64,000 nt of DNA from Lentimicrobiaceae bacterium (GTDB lineage: Bacteria > Bacteroidota > Bacteroidia > Bacteroidales > UBA4417), in contig JBAZWY010000029.1 of assembly GCA_041660125.1 (NCBI GenBank), positions 2,616-66,615 on the forward strand. The letters run 5' to 3'. Made by a program: the position numbers and the translations under genes. Each line of letters starts with the position of its first letter. Positions within the stretch are counted from its first letter, which is position 1. Below are positions 39,201 through 45,413 of the stretch, in pieces. The notes below the pieces were generated by a model. The model did no database searches and was not told the DNA's origin. It saw nothing but the letters and a program-made list of their open reading frames with translations.

Positions 39201-40524
39201 GGTCAACTACTTCGCCCGCATCGATAAAGTTTCCATTTTGATTCCAGTCAATCCAGGCACGGGCATAAACGTTATAGTTACCATCAGTATTTAAGTTTAC
39301 TGTTAGGTTATAGGAACTGCCGGCTATTACACTGGTTGATAAGGAAGTATAATCACTGTAACCAGCAGGTTTTGCACTAATATTGTTTATTGTATTAAAA
39401 TTTACTAATGTTATACTGGTTTGATAGGTCATGTTACCATTTGAAGGACAATATGGAATTACAGTAGTTCCGGTTACAGCCACGTTCTGTGAAGCAGCAC
39501 CACCACCGCTATTTGTAATATTTCCGTTATAATTGGTATTTGGAGAAGTAGGTTTAAATCTGACATAAATCGTTATGGCAGCAAGCGTGCTGCTTGCATA
39601 AGGAACACTGACAGAGGAGCTAAATCCAAAGCCAGAGGTTAATGAAACTTCGAAATTTGTTGGTGCCGTGATTGAAATATTTCCAGGTGCTCCGGTCAGA
39701 AAGGTTCCTGATAAAGAGTATGTGGATTCTAAAGATGTACCTCCGCTTAGTACATAACCAAAATTAATGCTTGATGGACTTACTGAAAGTGTAGGTACCG
39801 GAACCCAGGAAATGACGACCAATCCGTTAGCTCCTGAACTTCCTGTCCTGTCAAAGCCGCTATTTGTTACAGCGCCACTGCCTCCCCCGCCATATGTGGA
39901 TCCATTTATTCCATTGTTACTTCCACTTACTCCATATCCTCCATTACCTCCATTTAGTAAGGTTCCCGTACCTGCGGATTCTCCTAAAGCATTCCCTCCT
40001 GCTCCAGTACTACCTGCGCCACCACCGCCACCACCTGAAAATGTGGTTCCCCCACTAGCGCCGTTGCCACCAGCAAATTTTATAGTTCCTATAGAGCTGG
40101 CAAATGATCCACCACTACCACCTGTGGTTGTATTATTGTTAACACCACTACCACCGGCAGCTACTACTGAATTTGTATTGAAGCTTGAGTTCGATCCCGA
40201 ACCACTTGCGTATCCGCCTATACCTACTATAATGGAATAAGAATTTCCTGGAATTACACTAACTTCACTACTTGCATAGGCACCACCACCACCTCCACCA
40301 CCTCGTTGGTTCCAGGAAGTAATTGTACTGCCACCCCCTCCAGCGCCCCAGCATTCTACTTTAATGCTGGTAACTCCTGCAGGAACTGTAAAAGTACCGT
40401 TGGAAGTAAATGTTTGTGTCGTCTGCCCCCACCCATAATTACCAAACCCTTGCCATACGACTAAAACAGCGATAAACAGAATCGTCCGCAAACAGGTCTT
40501 ACAAGCATGGAATATTTTTATCAT
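33289..40524 (-). CDS. Giant (2411 aa) mosaic surface protein with a T9SS type-A C-terminal sorting domain
   Basis: Has a signal peptide. Domains by eye:
- aa 36-240: glycine-rich domain (TFTVPAGVTSIKVECWGAGGGG...).
- aa ~358-502: GEVED domain ending YDGEVEDYTINI.
- Repeated Ig-like modules (INWYAASIGGASLGTGTSYTTPSLSATKTYYV type).
- aa ~783-912: PA14-like domain (LYVVDLGSDDGSRLTVDGTLLYDNW...YDFYENGGGNQV).
- Long beta-helix-like N/S/T/G repeats.
- Last ~75 aa: LIISNMLGQVMLQQNLFGNGLHEIDHYLHAGMYILTLYSSQGLCSHKIYIPK, a Por/T9SS CTD. Confidence 0.8.
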   Translation of the reverse strand: MIKIFHACKTCLRTILFIAVLVVWQGFGNYGWGQTTQTFTSNGTFTVPAGVTSIKVECWGAGGGGSTITSWNQRGGGGGGGAYASSEVSVIPGNSYSIIVGIGGYASGSGSNSSFNTNSVVAAGGSGVNNNTTTGGSGGSFASSIGTIKFAGGNGASGGTTFSGGGGGGAGSTGAGGNALGESAGTGTLLNGGNGGYGVSGSNNGINGSTYGGGGSGAVTNSGFDRTGSSGANGLVVISWVPVPTLSVSPSSINFGYVLSGGTSLESTYSLSGTFLTGAPGNISITAPTNFEVSLTSGFGFSSSVSVPYASSTLAAITIYVRFKPTSPNTNYNGNITNSGGGAASQNVAVTGTTVIPYCPSNGNMTYQTSITLVNFNTINNISAKPAGYSDYTSLSTSVIAGSSYNLTVNLNTDGNYNVYARAWIDWNQNGNFIDAGEVVDLGVATNTANGPTNLSPFSINIPSGAVSGNTRIRISAKYYAYPASCDIGYDGEVEDYTINIIPTISTGTITGSPFCAGASVSIPYTISGTFTSGNVFTAQLSNSVGSFASPVNIGTLTSTTAGTISGTFPAGTATGAGYRIRVVSSSPAIAGTNNGSNLTVNSIPTITGTTPGSTCGSGTVTLDAAASAGTINWYAASIGGASLGTGTSYTTPSLSATKTYYVDATNNGCTTATRTSVVATVNTIPTPPGTTGGFICIGSTATLSASGAVSGQFYKWYNAASGGTLLKTSSNNLDNTYTTPVLASTTDYWVSILSGGACESSRTLVTATYPTTSTDDQNAAGTDSWIGHVYDGTNFLNYIGHYTEAETFNESFGGSTNCFNVTSNSTTRSIYTTTFSVRYRMNSTKKGLYVVDLGSDDGSRLTVDGTLLYDNWKDQSFSTRARVLMSLNGASSLVYDFYENGGGNQVIFQNLTLVLANSLSTNIAQSICLGNTGAAISGDIYGTLPSGITLSGTGYQWAYSTISGTGPWTDISGETAATYTPSSAIAPFNAAGTYYLIRKALVSSANNVAPIPYVASNESNSAILTVRPTPVATISGTTTVCQNATSPNITFTNPQTVPVSITYNINGANQATINVGASTTATLAAATSTAGIFSYNLVSVIYQSAPACSNTITDTATITVSPAAPATPGVISGTTSQCPGLTNQTYSIGTVTNATTYTWTVPTGWSVTSGAGTNSITVTTGSAGQNGNITVTAGNSCGTSAARTLAVTVSTNLPVSVIIAASANPVCAGTGATFTATPTNGGTTPAYQWKVNGNNVGTNSSTYSYTPANNDVVTCMLTSNVTCSSGNPATSNTITITLNPISAGGTATSNQTICSGSSPSDITLTGQTGTIQWQTSIDNITFNNVAGATASLLTSAQMGTLSATRYYRAIVTSGVCSSANSNVVMITVNDIPDLSGLLTSATNTCSGSSSVITISATNLPNGTYTVNYTLTGANPQGATDVALIVSSGNSGTFNTPVLASAGTTNLTINSLKLTSCATTASSGNTATITTTTGGSWLGITSTDWHTASNWCGGIPTSTTDVTIPSGAPNQPVIGTAAVCNNITIDPGASLTITGSNTLTASGSWTNNGTFIPNSSTVIFNSSGASNIGSSTFNNLTISGTGAKTETGNIVVNGNFTLSAGTFRVSISTTQSNTLTIAGNYIQTGGVLDFNPTGNGAISILNIAGNLTNSAGSGSITTNGPGATNGQIIFSGSSLQTVTFSIASASIWTTYTANAGSRVKLGSNITLTGDASEAKYYADFIVNGTIDFGTYILNDTPYGNIAGASHFILNSGASLITADPAGISLSGNSGSVQFNGPRTYNSSANYSYNGASGQISGNGLTSANNLTSNNSAGLTLSKDVSVSNTLTLTAGILTNNYKLTLHGDLNFSNGAIINSSAASSTIVYAGTSAQFVPAASFLNNEIYNLVVNNPSGVTLLGPLKVTGVVNAQNGNLSSSGNLTLVSSAAQTALIDGSGTGSVTGNVTMQRYLPSGYGYKYISSPFQASTVNELADDIDLAASFPMLYKYDEDNHRDSSGVLIYTTGWSKYITTTEPLIPMQGYAANFGNSPITKTVNITGVVNNNIGTSLTLYNHDRLYTKGFNLIGNPYPSPIDWNATTGWTKTNIDNALYFFDAGTTDPYTGTYSTYINGVSSNDTAGSIIPSMQGFFIHVSDGSYPVSATLGMDNRVRVNNLSPAFHKSAEVQTQPMIRLTAAYENEKTPDHAVVYFDDYASTSFDQLLDALKLMNTDVRVPNLYAVTPKADKLSISAIPYPSDSITKVPLGLKTEQENWVTFKATAILNMPTGLYVYLSDAITGKIQNLQVNPEYRVHLAKGMLENRFVLLFSESELTDTFVDNNTFNANIENGKLNVYVKLASEKDSRLIISNMLGQVMLQQNLFGNGLHEIDHYLHAGMYILTLYSSQGLCSHKIYIPK

Positions 40525-40623
40525 AGTAACGCAAGCAACACAAAAGTTTTACAAGACTTTGTATTCCTAATTATTTAAGCTGAGTAAATAAATTCAATTT
40601 GTAAAAGTCAGTTGTTAGAAGTC

Positions 40624-41481
40624 TTAATGTAAAGGAAACTCCTTTTCGGCAAATACTTCTGCTTTTACATCATTTTGTGCCTGGAATTTTAAAATCAGCT
40701 TGCCTTTGGTATAATCTACTCCGGGCACATTCCGTAATTGCATTTTAAAAACACGTAGTTTGTTGGGTGTATAAACAGCCAGGCCACGTACTATGCCTAC
40801 TTCTACAGCGTCTCCCTGGTCGGGTGCCCACATAACAGATAAATCGCCATAGACTGATTTGTCACCCGAACGTTCAAAAGTAACTGTCAGGTTTGGAACC
40901 GTATCGGTTTTTAAATCCAGATTTATATTAGTTAAATCAACATGCAATTGTAAATCACCATTCCTGATGATGACTGGAATACTGATGCCGAAAATAGGCA
41001 CAAGTTTAACGCCGATAGATGTTGAATCTTTAGCGACATTTTCATCGCCTAAAAGTTTTTCATTGGGAACTGCCCTGAAATATATATGCGACCGGTATTC
41101 TCCGGTTTGCATGCCAGGTAATTTACGGAATTGCATCCGTATAACCTGCGAGCCGTTTGGAGCAAGGGTTACTGATCGCGGGAAAAACCTGAGATACCTG
41201 TCAGCAAACATCTGTCCTGAATCAGGCACTTCAATTTGCTCAAATCCGCCAGTCTCTGTCATTCGGTACTGAACAAACGAAACAGAATACTTTGCCGTAT
41301 CAGCGCCTGTATTGGCCAGCGTAAGTTCCTGTGATTGTTTGTTGCCTTCAAATACAACCCTGCGTGGTGTTATCAGTAAGTTCCCCTGTGCATTGGAATG
41401 GTTCGATAACAGTACTAATGCAGAAATAATTGCCAGTAGGCAAGTGATTGAAATTCTGCTTTTTATTCCGGTTTTTGGCAT
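40624..41481 (-). CDS. PapD/CsuC-like periplasmic pilus chaperone
   Basis: 285 aa with a signal peptide. LLITPRRVVFEGNKQSQELTLANTGADTAKYSVSFVQY and FFPRSVTLAPNGSQVIRMQFRKLPGMQTGEYRSHIYFRAVP match the conserved N-domain strand patterns of CU chaperones (v.p.r..l......~l.l.N.g... / PP.f.l.pg..q.vR........E..Y.l...e.P). The length fits two Ig-like domains. Confidence 0.6.
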   Translation of the reverse strand: MPKTGIKSRISITCLLAIISALVLLSNHSNAQGNLLITPRRVVFEGNKQSQELTLANTGADTAKYSVSFVQYRMTETGGFEQIEVPDSGQMFADRYLRFFPRSVTLAPNGSQVIRMQFRKLPGMQTGEYRSHIYFRAVPNEKLLGDENVAKDSTSIGVKLVPIFGISIPVIIRNGDLQLHVDLTNINLDLKTDTVPNLTVTFERSGDKSVYGDLSVMWAPDQGDAVEVGIVRGLAVYTPNKLRVFKMQLRNVPGVDYTKGKLILKFQAQNDVKAEVFAEKEFPLH

Positions 41482-41497
41482 AGCTTTTATTTTTTTT

Positions 41498-41505
41498 CAA
41501 ACTTA
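41498..41505 (-). promoter_or_regulatory. Possible -7 promoter box for the chaperone-adhesin-usher transcription unit
   Basis: The minus strand reads TAAGTTTG (TAnnTTTG), 17-24 nt upstream of the chaperone ATG and just downstream of the terminator at 41620-41648. Confidence 0.3.
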
Positions 41506-41619
41506 CATAATTAATAGACTCGGGATAGTAGTTGCCGGGTCTTTTTCATATGTATCTTTAGTGGTTTTAGTGTTATATACTGTTAATAACTATTGGTGCA
41601 TAATGTAATAGGCTTTAAT

Positions 41620-41648
41620 AAAAAAAACACTGCTTTTATTGCAGTGTT
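41620..41648 (-). terminator. Rho-independent terminator after pilin B1
   Basis: aacactgc-ttttatt-gcagtgtt hairpin. On the minus strand it is followed by T8. Confidence 0.65.
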
Positions 41649-41671
41649 TCTTCAAAATAAATTTTTGATAT

Positions 41672-42193
41672 TTAATTATACGCAAAGGTTACGTTAAAAG
41701 CGCCCGAATACAATCCCACCGGGTTATCAATCATTGAACCTACATTCAGGGTCGCGCCCAGGTAAACGAACTGCTGTCCGTTTGCCAGCACCCCGGTTCC
41801 GGTGCCGGCCTGCGGGAACGACACCCAATCGCTGACGAGCATGGTTTTGTTTGAGTTTTGTTGGGTTAACACCGCCGGATTGGTCGGCAACTGAATGGAG
41901 AAAGCCGCATCGGGAGCGCCGGTAAGGTAAAAGATGCCTGAATTGGCTGATCCCCCGCTCAGGATAACAGAGCCATTGGTTGTTCGTACCCCGTCGGGTG
42001 AAACAATCACCTGTCCTCCCTGAACCTCGGGCGAAAATTTGCCAAAGTTAAGCTGCGCGGTTTCGGTGGCGGTGAGCGCTGCAATTACTTCTGCAAAAGC
42101 ATGTGCTGAGATGCTTGCCTGTGCCTGCGCTTTTTGAGCCGTTATTCCAGTTGCCAAAGCAAAGCCTAAAAACAGCATACTAAGTTTTTTCAT
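41672..42193 (-). CDS. DUF4402/SCPU-like pilin paralogue B1
   Basis: 173 aa counted from MKKLSMLFLGF; the track ORF's 27-aa extension overlaps a terminator hairpin. Signal peptide AQA|QA. N-terminal extension SISAHAFAEVIAALTATETAQLNFGKF. Core GGQVIVSPDGVRTTNGSV...AAFSIQLP. C-terminal strand FNVTFAYN. Confidence 0.6.
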   Translation of the reverse strand: MKKLSMLFLGFALATGITAQKAQAQASISAHAFAEVIAALTATETAQLNFGKFSPEVQGGQVIVSPDGVRTTNGSVILSGGSANSGIFYLTGAPDAAFSIQLPTNPAVLTQQNSNKTMLVSDWVSFPQAGTGTGVLANGQQFVYLGATLNVGSMIDNPVGLYSGAFNVTFAYN

Positions 42194-42258
42194 TTTGCTT
42201 TTTACTATTGGAGTATGAACTAAAGGTATGATATTTAACTGCCACTTCATTTGAGTAC

Positions 42259-42291
42259 AAAAAAAAAGCTGCATTAAGCAGCATTTTTTTT
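42259..42291 (-). terminator. Intercistronic hairpin/terminator between pilin A1 and pilin B1
   Basis: gctgc-attaa-gcagc flanked by A9 and T8. On the minus strand this is a hairpin followed by T9. Confidence 0.6.
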
Positions 42292-42304
42292 ATTAGAATA
42301 TGTT

Positions 42305-42823
42305 CTAGTTATAGTTAACAGTCACAGTCAGGTCTGTAGTATTGGTATAAAGTCCAGCTGCTTGTAAACCTGCAACAGTAAGAGTAGCGCCTACATATAT
42401 ATCTTGAGTTCCAGCTGTAAGTACACCTGTAGAACTAGGGGTGCTTGTATATGTACCAACAGACATTGTATGTGATGCACCATCAGAAAGACTGATTGAA
42501 GCAGCGGGGAGCGAAATAGAGTAAGTGGAAGTTCCAAGACCTGTTACAACAAACTTAGCAGCAGTAAAAACTCCGGTAACTGCTGGAAGAGTAACTCCAC
42601 CTGTAGCAGTACGTGTGCCAGCAAGCGATGGATCAAGTATAACAGTTCCACCTGTATTACTAACTGAAATATTGCCAAAATTCAAGTCTACAGTTTTGTT
42701 GATAGCAATCGGAGTAATAATGTTTGCAGATGCATTAGCAGTGGCATGAACCTGAGCAAAAGAAGTTGCAGCGGATCCGAGAACTACAAGAGCGATGGCG
42801 AAGAGTTTGGTAATGTTTTTCAT
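42305..42823 (-). CDS. DUF4402/SCPU-like pilin paralogue A1 (candidate major subunit)
   Basis: 172 aa with signal peptide SFA|QV. N-terminal extension VHATANASANIITPIAINKTVDLNFGNI. Core TGGTVILDPSLAGTRTATGGVTLP...AAKFVVTGLGTSTYSISLP. C-terminal strand LTVTVNYN. Very Thr/Ala/Gly-rich, as in structural pilins. Confidence 0.6.
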   Translation of the reverse strand: MKNITKLFAIALVVLGSAATSFAQVHATANASANIITPIAINKTVDLNFGNISVSNTGGTVILDPSLAGTRTATGGVTLPAVTGVFTAAKFVVTGLGTSTYSISLPAASISLSDGASHTMSVGTYTSTPSSTGVLTAGTQDIYVGATLTVAGLQAAGLYTNTTDLTVTVNYN

Positions 42824-42891
42824 TGTTTTAAGTTTTTTAAGTTGTTATGAGTTGGATTGTTTTTTTATCAAATTGAGCGATGTAAAGAATA

Positions 42892-42908
42892 ATTCAGAAA
42901 TCGTGCCA
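42892..42908 (-). promoter_or_regulatory. Sigma54-like -24/-12 candidate upstream of pilin A1
   Basis: The minus strand reads TGGCACGATTTCTGAAT. The -24 TGGCAC is perfect. At the -12 position it has CTGA where the consensus is TTGC, so the match is imperfect. It lies ~70 nt upstream of the ATG at 42823. I found no TAnnTTTG box in this leader. Confidence 0.3.
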
Positions 42909-43660
42909 TGAGAAATTAAGGAAAATAGAAAATAGTTAAAAATAATAAAAAATAGTTCTATATGTGAATGATAATCAATAAGATAAAAATATTAAAATTA
43001 TTTCAGAAAAGAGGATTTGTGCTTAAATGGATAGAAGACTTGTTAGATGATGTTATCAAATTGAGACAAGTAAAATCGCAAATTGAGAAGTGTCTCAATA
43101 ATAATGAGTACGGGGATATTAAACCAGGATCAGGTTTGGTTAAGACGTGTTCACTTTATCAATAAGGAAATGGATAGAAAAATCTGGGTTATAGTACTAT
43201 TTGGAGATTGTCAACAGTAAAACGGTAAAGAAAATGGAGGATCAAATTATGTTATTGATCAGGACGTAGAATTTGAGCATATAGTTAAAACGCAAAACCA
43301 TCAATGGAATTAACCCATGATGGCAGATGCGACTCAAATACAACGAATGATTTCCAACTCTCTATTCGTATTTCTTTTATTCAGTACTGTTTTTAGCTTA
43401 CTGAATTTTATAACCTGGTAATGAACTGTAAAATTTGCCCCGGTTCCTGCTCATGGTTTTCGCGGAAAATTATTCACCTGTTTTTTATGGGTTTTAGAAA
43501 AGCAGTACGACGAAATAGGTTTTATTTGTTGGCGGTTTATGTTTTCGTTCCTATTAAAAATAATTCCTTTGAATTAAAGATGATGAATGAATGTTTATGC
43601 CGGGCTGATATATAAATGTCTTGTTTTGAGAATGCCAGTAAAAGCGTTGATGCTGATCTT

Positions 43661-44182
43661 TTAATTATACGCAAAAGTCACATTAAAAGTCCCTGCATAC
43701 AAACCAACGGGGTTATCGACCAGAGAGCCTACCTGCAGGGTAGCGCCGAGCGAAACATATTGTTGTCCATCGGCCAGCACCCCGGTTCCTGTTCCAGCCT
43801 GCGGGAACGACACCCAGTCGCTGACGAGCATGGTTTTATTTGAATTCTGTTGGGTTAATACCGCTGGATCGGTTGGCAACTGAATGGAGAAAGCAGCATC
43901 GGGAGCGCCGGTAAGATAAAAGATGCCTGAATTGGCAGATCCCCCACTTAGTATAACAGAGCCATTGGCGGTACGAATGCCATCGGGCGAAACGATAACC
44001 TGTCCACCATGCACTTCGGGCGAAAACTTTCCGAAGTTAAGTTGCGCGGTTTCGGTGGCAGTGAGCGCTGCAATTACTTCAGCAAAAGCATGTGCTGAGA
44101 CGTTTGCCTGTGCCTGCGCTTTTTGAGCCGTTATTCCAGTTGCCAAAGCAAAGCCTAAAAACAGGATACTAAGTTTTTTCAT
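43661..44182 (-). CDS. DUF4402/SCPU-like pilin paralogue B2
   Basis: 173 aa counted from MKKLSILFLGF. Differs from B1 at 15 of 173 residues by my count. Confidence 0.6.
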   Translation of the reverse strand: MKKLSILFLGFALATGITAQKAQAQANVSAHAFAEVIAALTATETAQLNFGKFSPEVHGGQVIVSPDGIRTANGSVILSGGSANSGIFYLTGAPDAAFSIQLPTDPAVLTQQNSNKTMLVSDWVSFPQAGTGTGVLADGQQYVSLGATLQVGSLVDNPVGLYAGTFNVTFAYN

Positions 44183-44247
44183 TTTGCTTTTTACTATTGG
44201 ATTATGAATTAAATGTATGATATTTAACTGCCACTTCATTCGAGTAC

Positions 44248-44281
44248 AAAAAAAAAGCTGCATTAAGCAGCATTTTTTTTT
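44248..44281 (-). terminator. Intercistronic hairpin/terminator between pilin A2 and pilin B2
   Basis: Same gctgc-attaa-gcagc hairpin as at 42268-42282, here flanked by A9 and T9. Confidence 0.6.
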
Positions 44282-44294
44282 ATTAGAATGTGTT

Positions 44295-44813
44295 CTAGTT
44301 ATAGTTAACAGTAACAGTCAGGTCTGTAGTATTGGTATAAAGCCCAGCTGCTTGTAAACCTGCAACAGTAAGAGTAGCGCCTACATATATATCTTGAGTT
44401 CCAGCTATAAGTACACCTGTAGAACTAGGGGTGCTCGTATAAGTACCAATAGACATTGTATGTGATGCACCATCAGAAAGAGTGATTGAAGCAGGGGGGA
44501 GCGAAATAGAGTAGGTGGAAGTTCCAAGACCTGTTACAACAAACTTAGCAGCAGTAAAAACTCCGGTAACTGCTGGAAGAGTAACTCCACCTGTAGCAGT
44601 ACGTGTGCCAGCAAGCGATGGAGCTAGAACAACAGTTCCACCTGTATTACTAACTGAAATATTCCCATAATTCAAGTCGACAGTTTTGTTGATAGCAATC
44701 GGAGTAATAATGTTAGCAGATGCCTCAGCAGTGGCATGAACCTGAGCAAAAGAAGTAGCAGCGGATCCGAGAACTACGAGAGCGATGGCGAAAAGTTTAG
44801 TAATGTTTTTCAT
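44295..44813 (-). CDS. DUF4402/SCPU-like pilin paralogue A2
   Basis: 172 aa counted from MKNITKLF; the track ORF to 45059 is an implausible AT-rich extension. Differs from A1 at 8 of 172 residues by my count. Confidence 0.6.
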   Translation of the reverse strand: MKNITKLFAIALVVLGSAATSFAQVHATAEASANIITPIAINKTVDLNYGNISVSNTGGTVVLAPSLAGTRTATGGVTLPAVTGVFTAAKFVVTGLGTSTYSISLPPASITLSDGASHTMSIGTYTSTPSSTGVLIAGTQDIYVGATLTVAGLQAAGLYTNTTDLTVTVNYN

Positions 44814-44881
44814 TGTTTTGAGTTTGTTTAAGTTATTTATGAGTTGGATTGTCTTTATCGAATTGAGCGATGTAAAGTATA

Positions 44882-44898
44882 ATTCAGAAACCGTGCCA
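44882..44898 (-). promoter_or_regulatory. Sigma54-like -24/-12 candidate upstream of pilin A2
   Basis: The minus strand reads TGGCACGGTTTCTGAAT. Same position relative to the ATG as the copy at 42892-42908. Because it is part of the duplication, it is not independent evidence. Confidence 0.3.
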
Positions 44899-45413
44899 CG
44901 GGGAAATAGGGGAAATAGAAAATAGTTAAAAATAATAGAAAATAGTTTTATAAATAAATGATATACAATGAAATAAAAACAGTAATAGTATTCCGGAAAA
45001 GAAAGTTTATGGTTAAATGAACGAAAGATTAGTAGGGAAATGGTATCAAATTGAGACAAGCATTATCACAATTTGAGATAAAACCGGGCGACAGAAGATG
45101 GAGAAAAGCCCATAAACCTACTATTTTAAAGGTGGAGTTTGGAATCCTGACACGAAGCCCTTAGTTCTGAAATATTTTGAAAAACGTTTGAACCAAACAG
45201 GAGTAGGGTTGGAGCCTCACACCTGGTTTTTTACTAAAATTAAAAAGTTGGTTGCAAATGATAGTAGTGCTGTTTTGAGCTCAGTACTAATGGATAGCCC
45301 CGTATTGTTCGTATTGTTTGAGTATATCTGATAAGAAATATGAAAAATATATGTCCCGGAACTGAAATTTGCTAAAATGGATTTGTATTCCTTAAATATG
45401 CTTTTTCGGTAAA

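Noticed and set aside
39767-40240. 157-aa proline-rich plus-strand ORF (PPPPPP...), together with many other 60-130-aa ORFs antisense to the 2411-aa and 1448-aa genes.
   Set aside because: The Pro codons (CCN) are the mirror image of the Gly-rich (GGN) N-terminal domain coded on the minus strand. All of these ORFs lie fully inside long, well-supported genes.
42968-43615. Small plus-strand ORFs (65 and 64 aa) in the spacer between the two pilin duplication units.
   Set aside because: They have low-complexity AT-rich coding, no motif, and are on the opposite strand to the operon. There is no counterpart after unit 2. They were treated as non-coding spacer.
44814-45059. N-terminal extensions proposed by the ORF track for pilin A2 (254 aa), pilins B1/B2 (200 aa), the M13 peptidase, PPase, GH25, GH13, the EamA transporter and the MerR-B12 gene.
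   Set aside because: The extensions are AT-rich nonsense (FIVYHLFIKLF...). They overlap terminator hairpins, promoter boxes or word repeats, and they precede an internal Met followed by a clean signal peptide or a conserved N-terminus. I used the internal starts.
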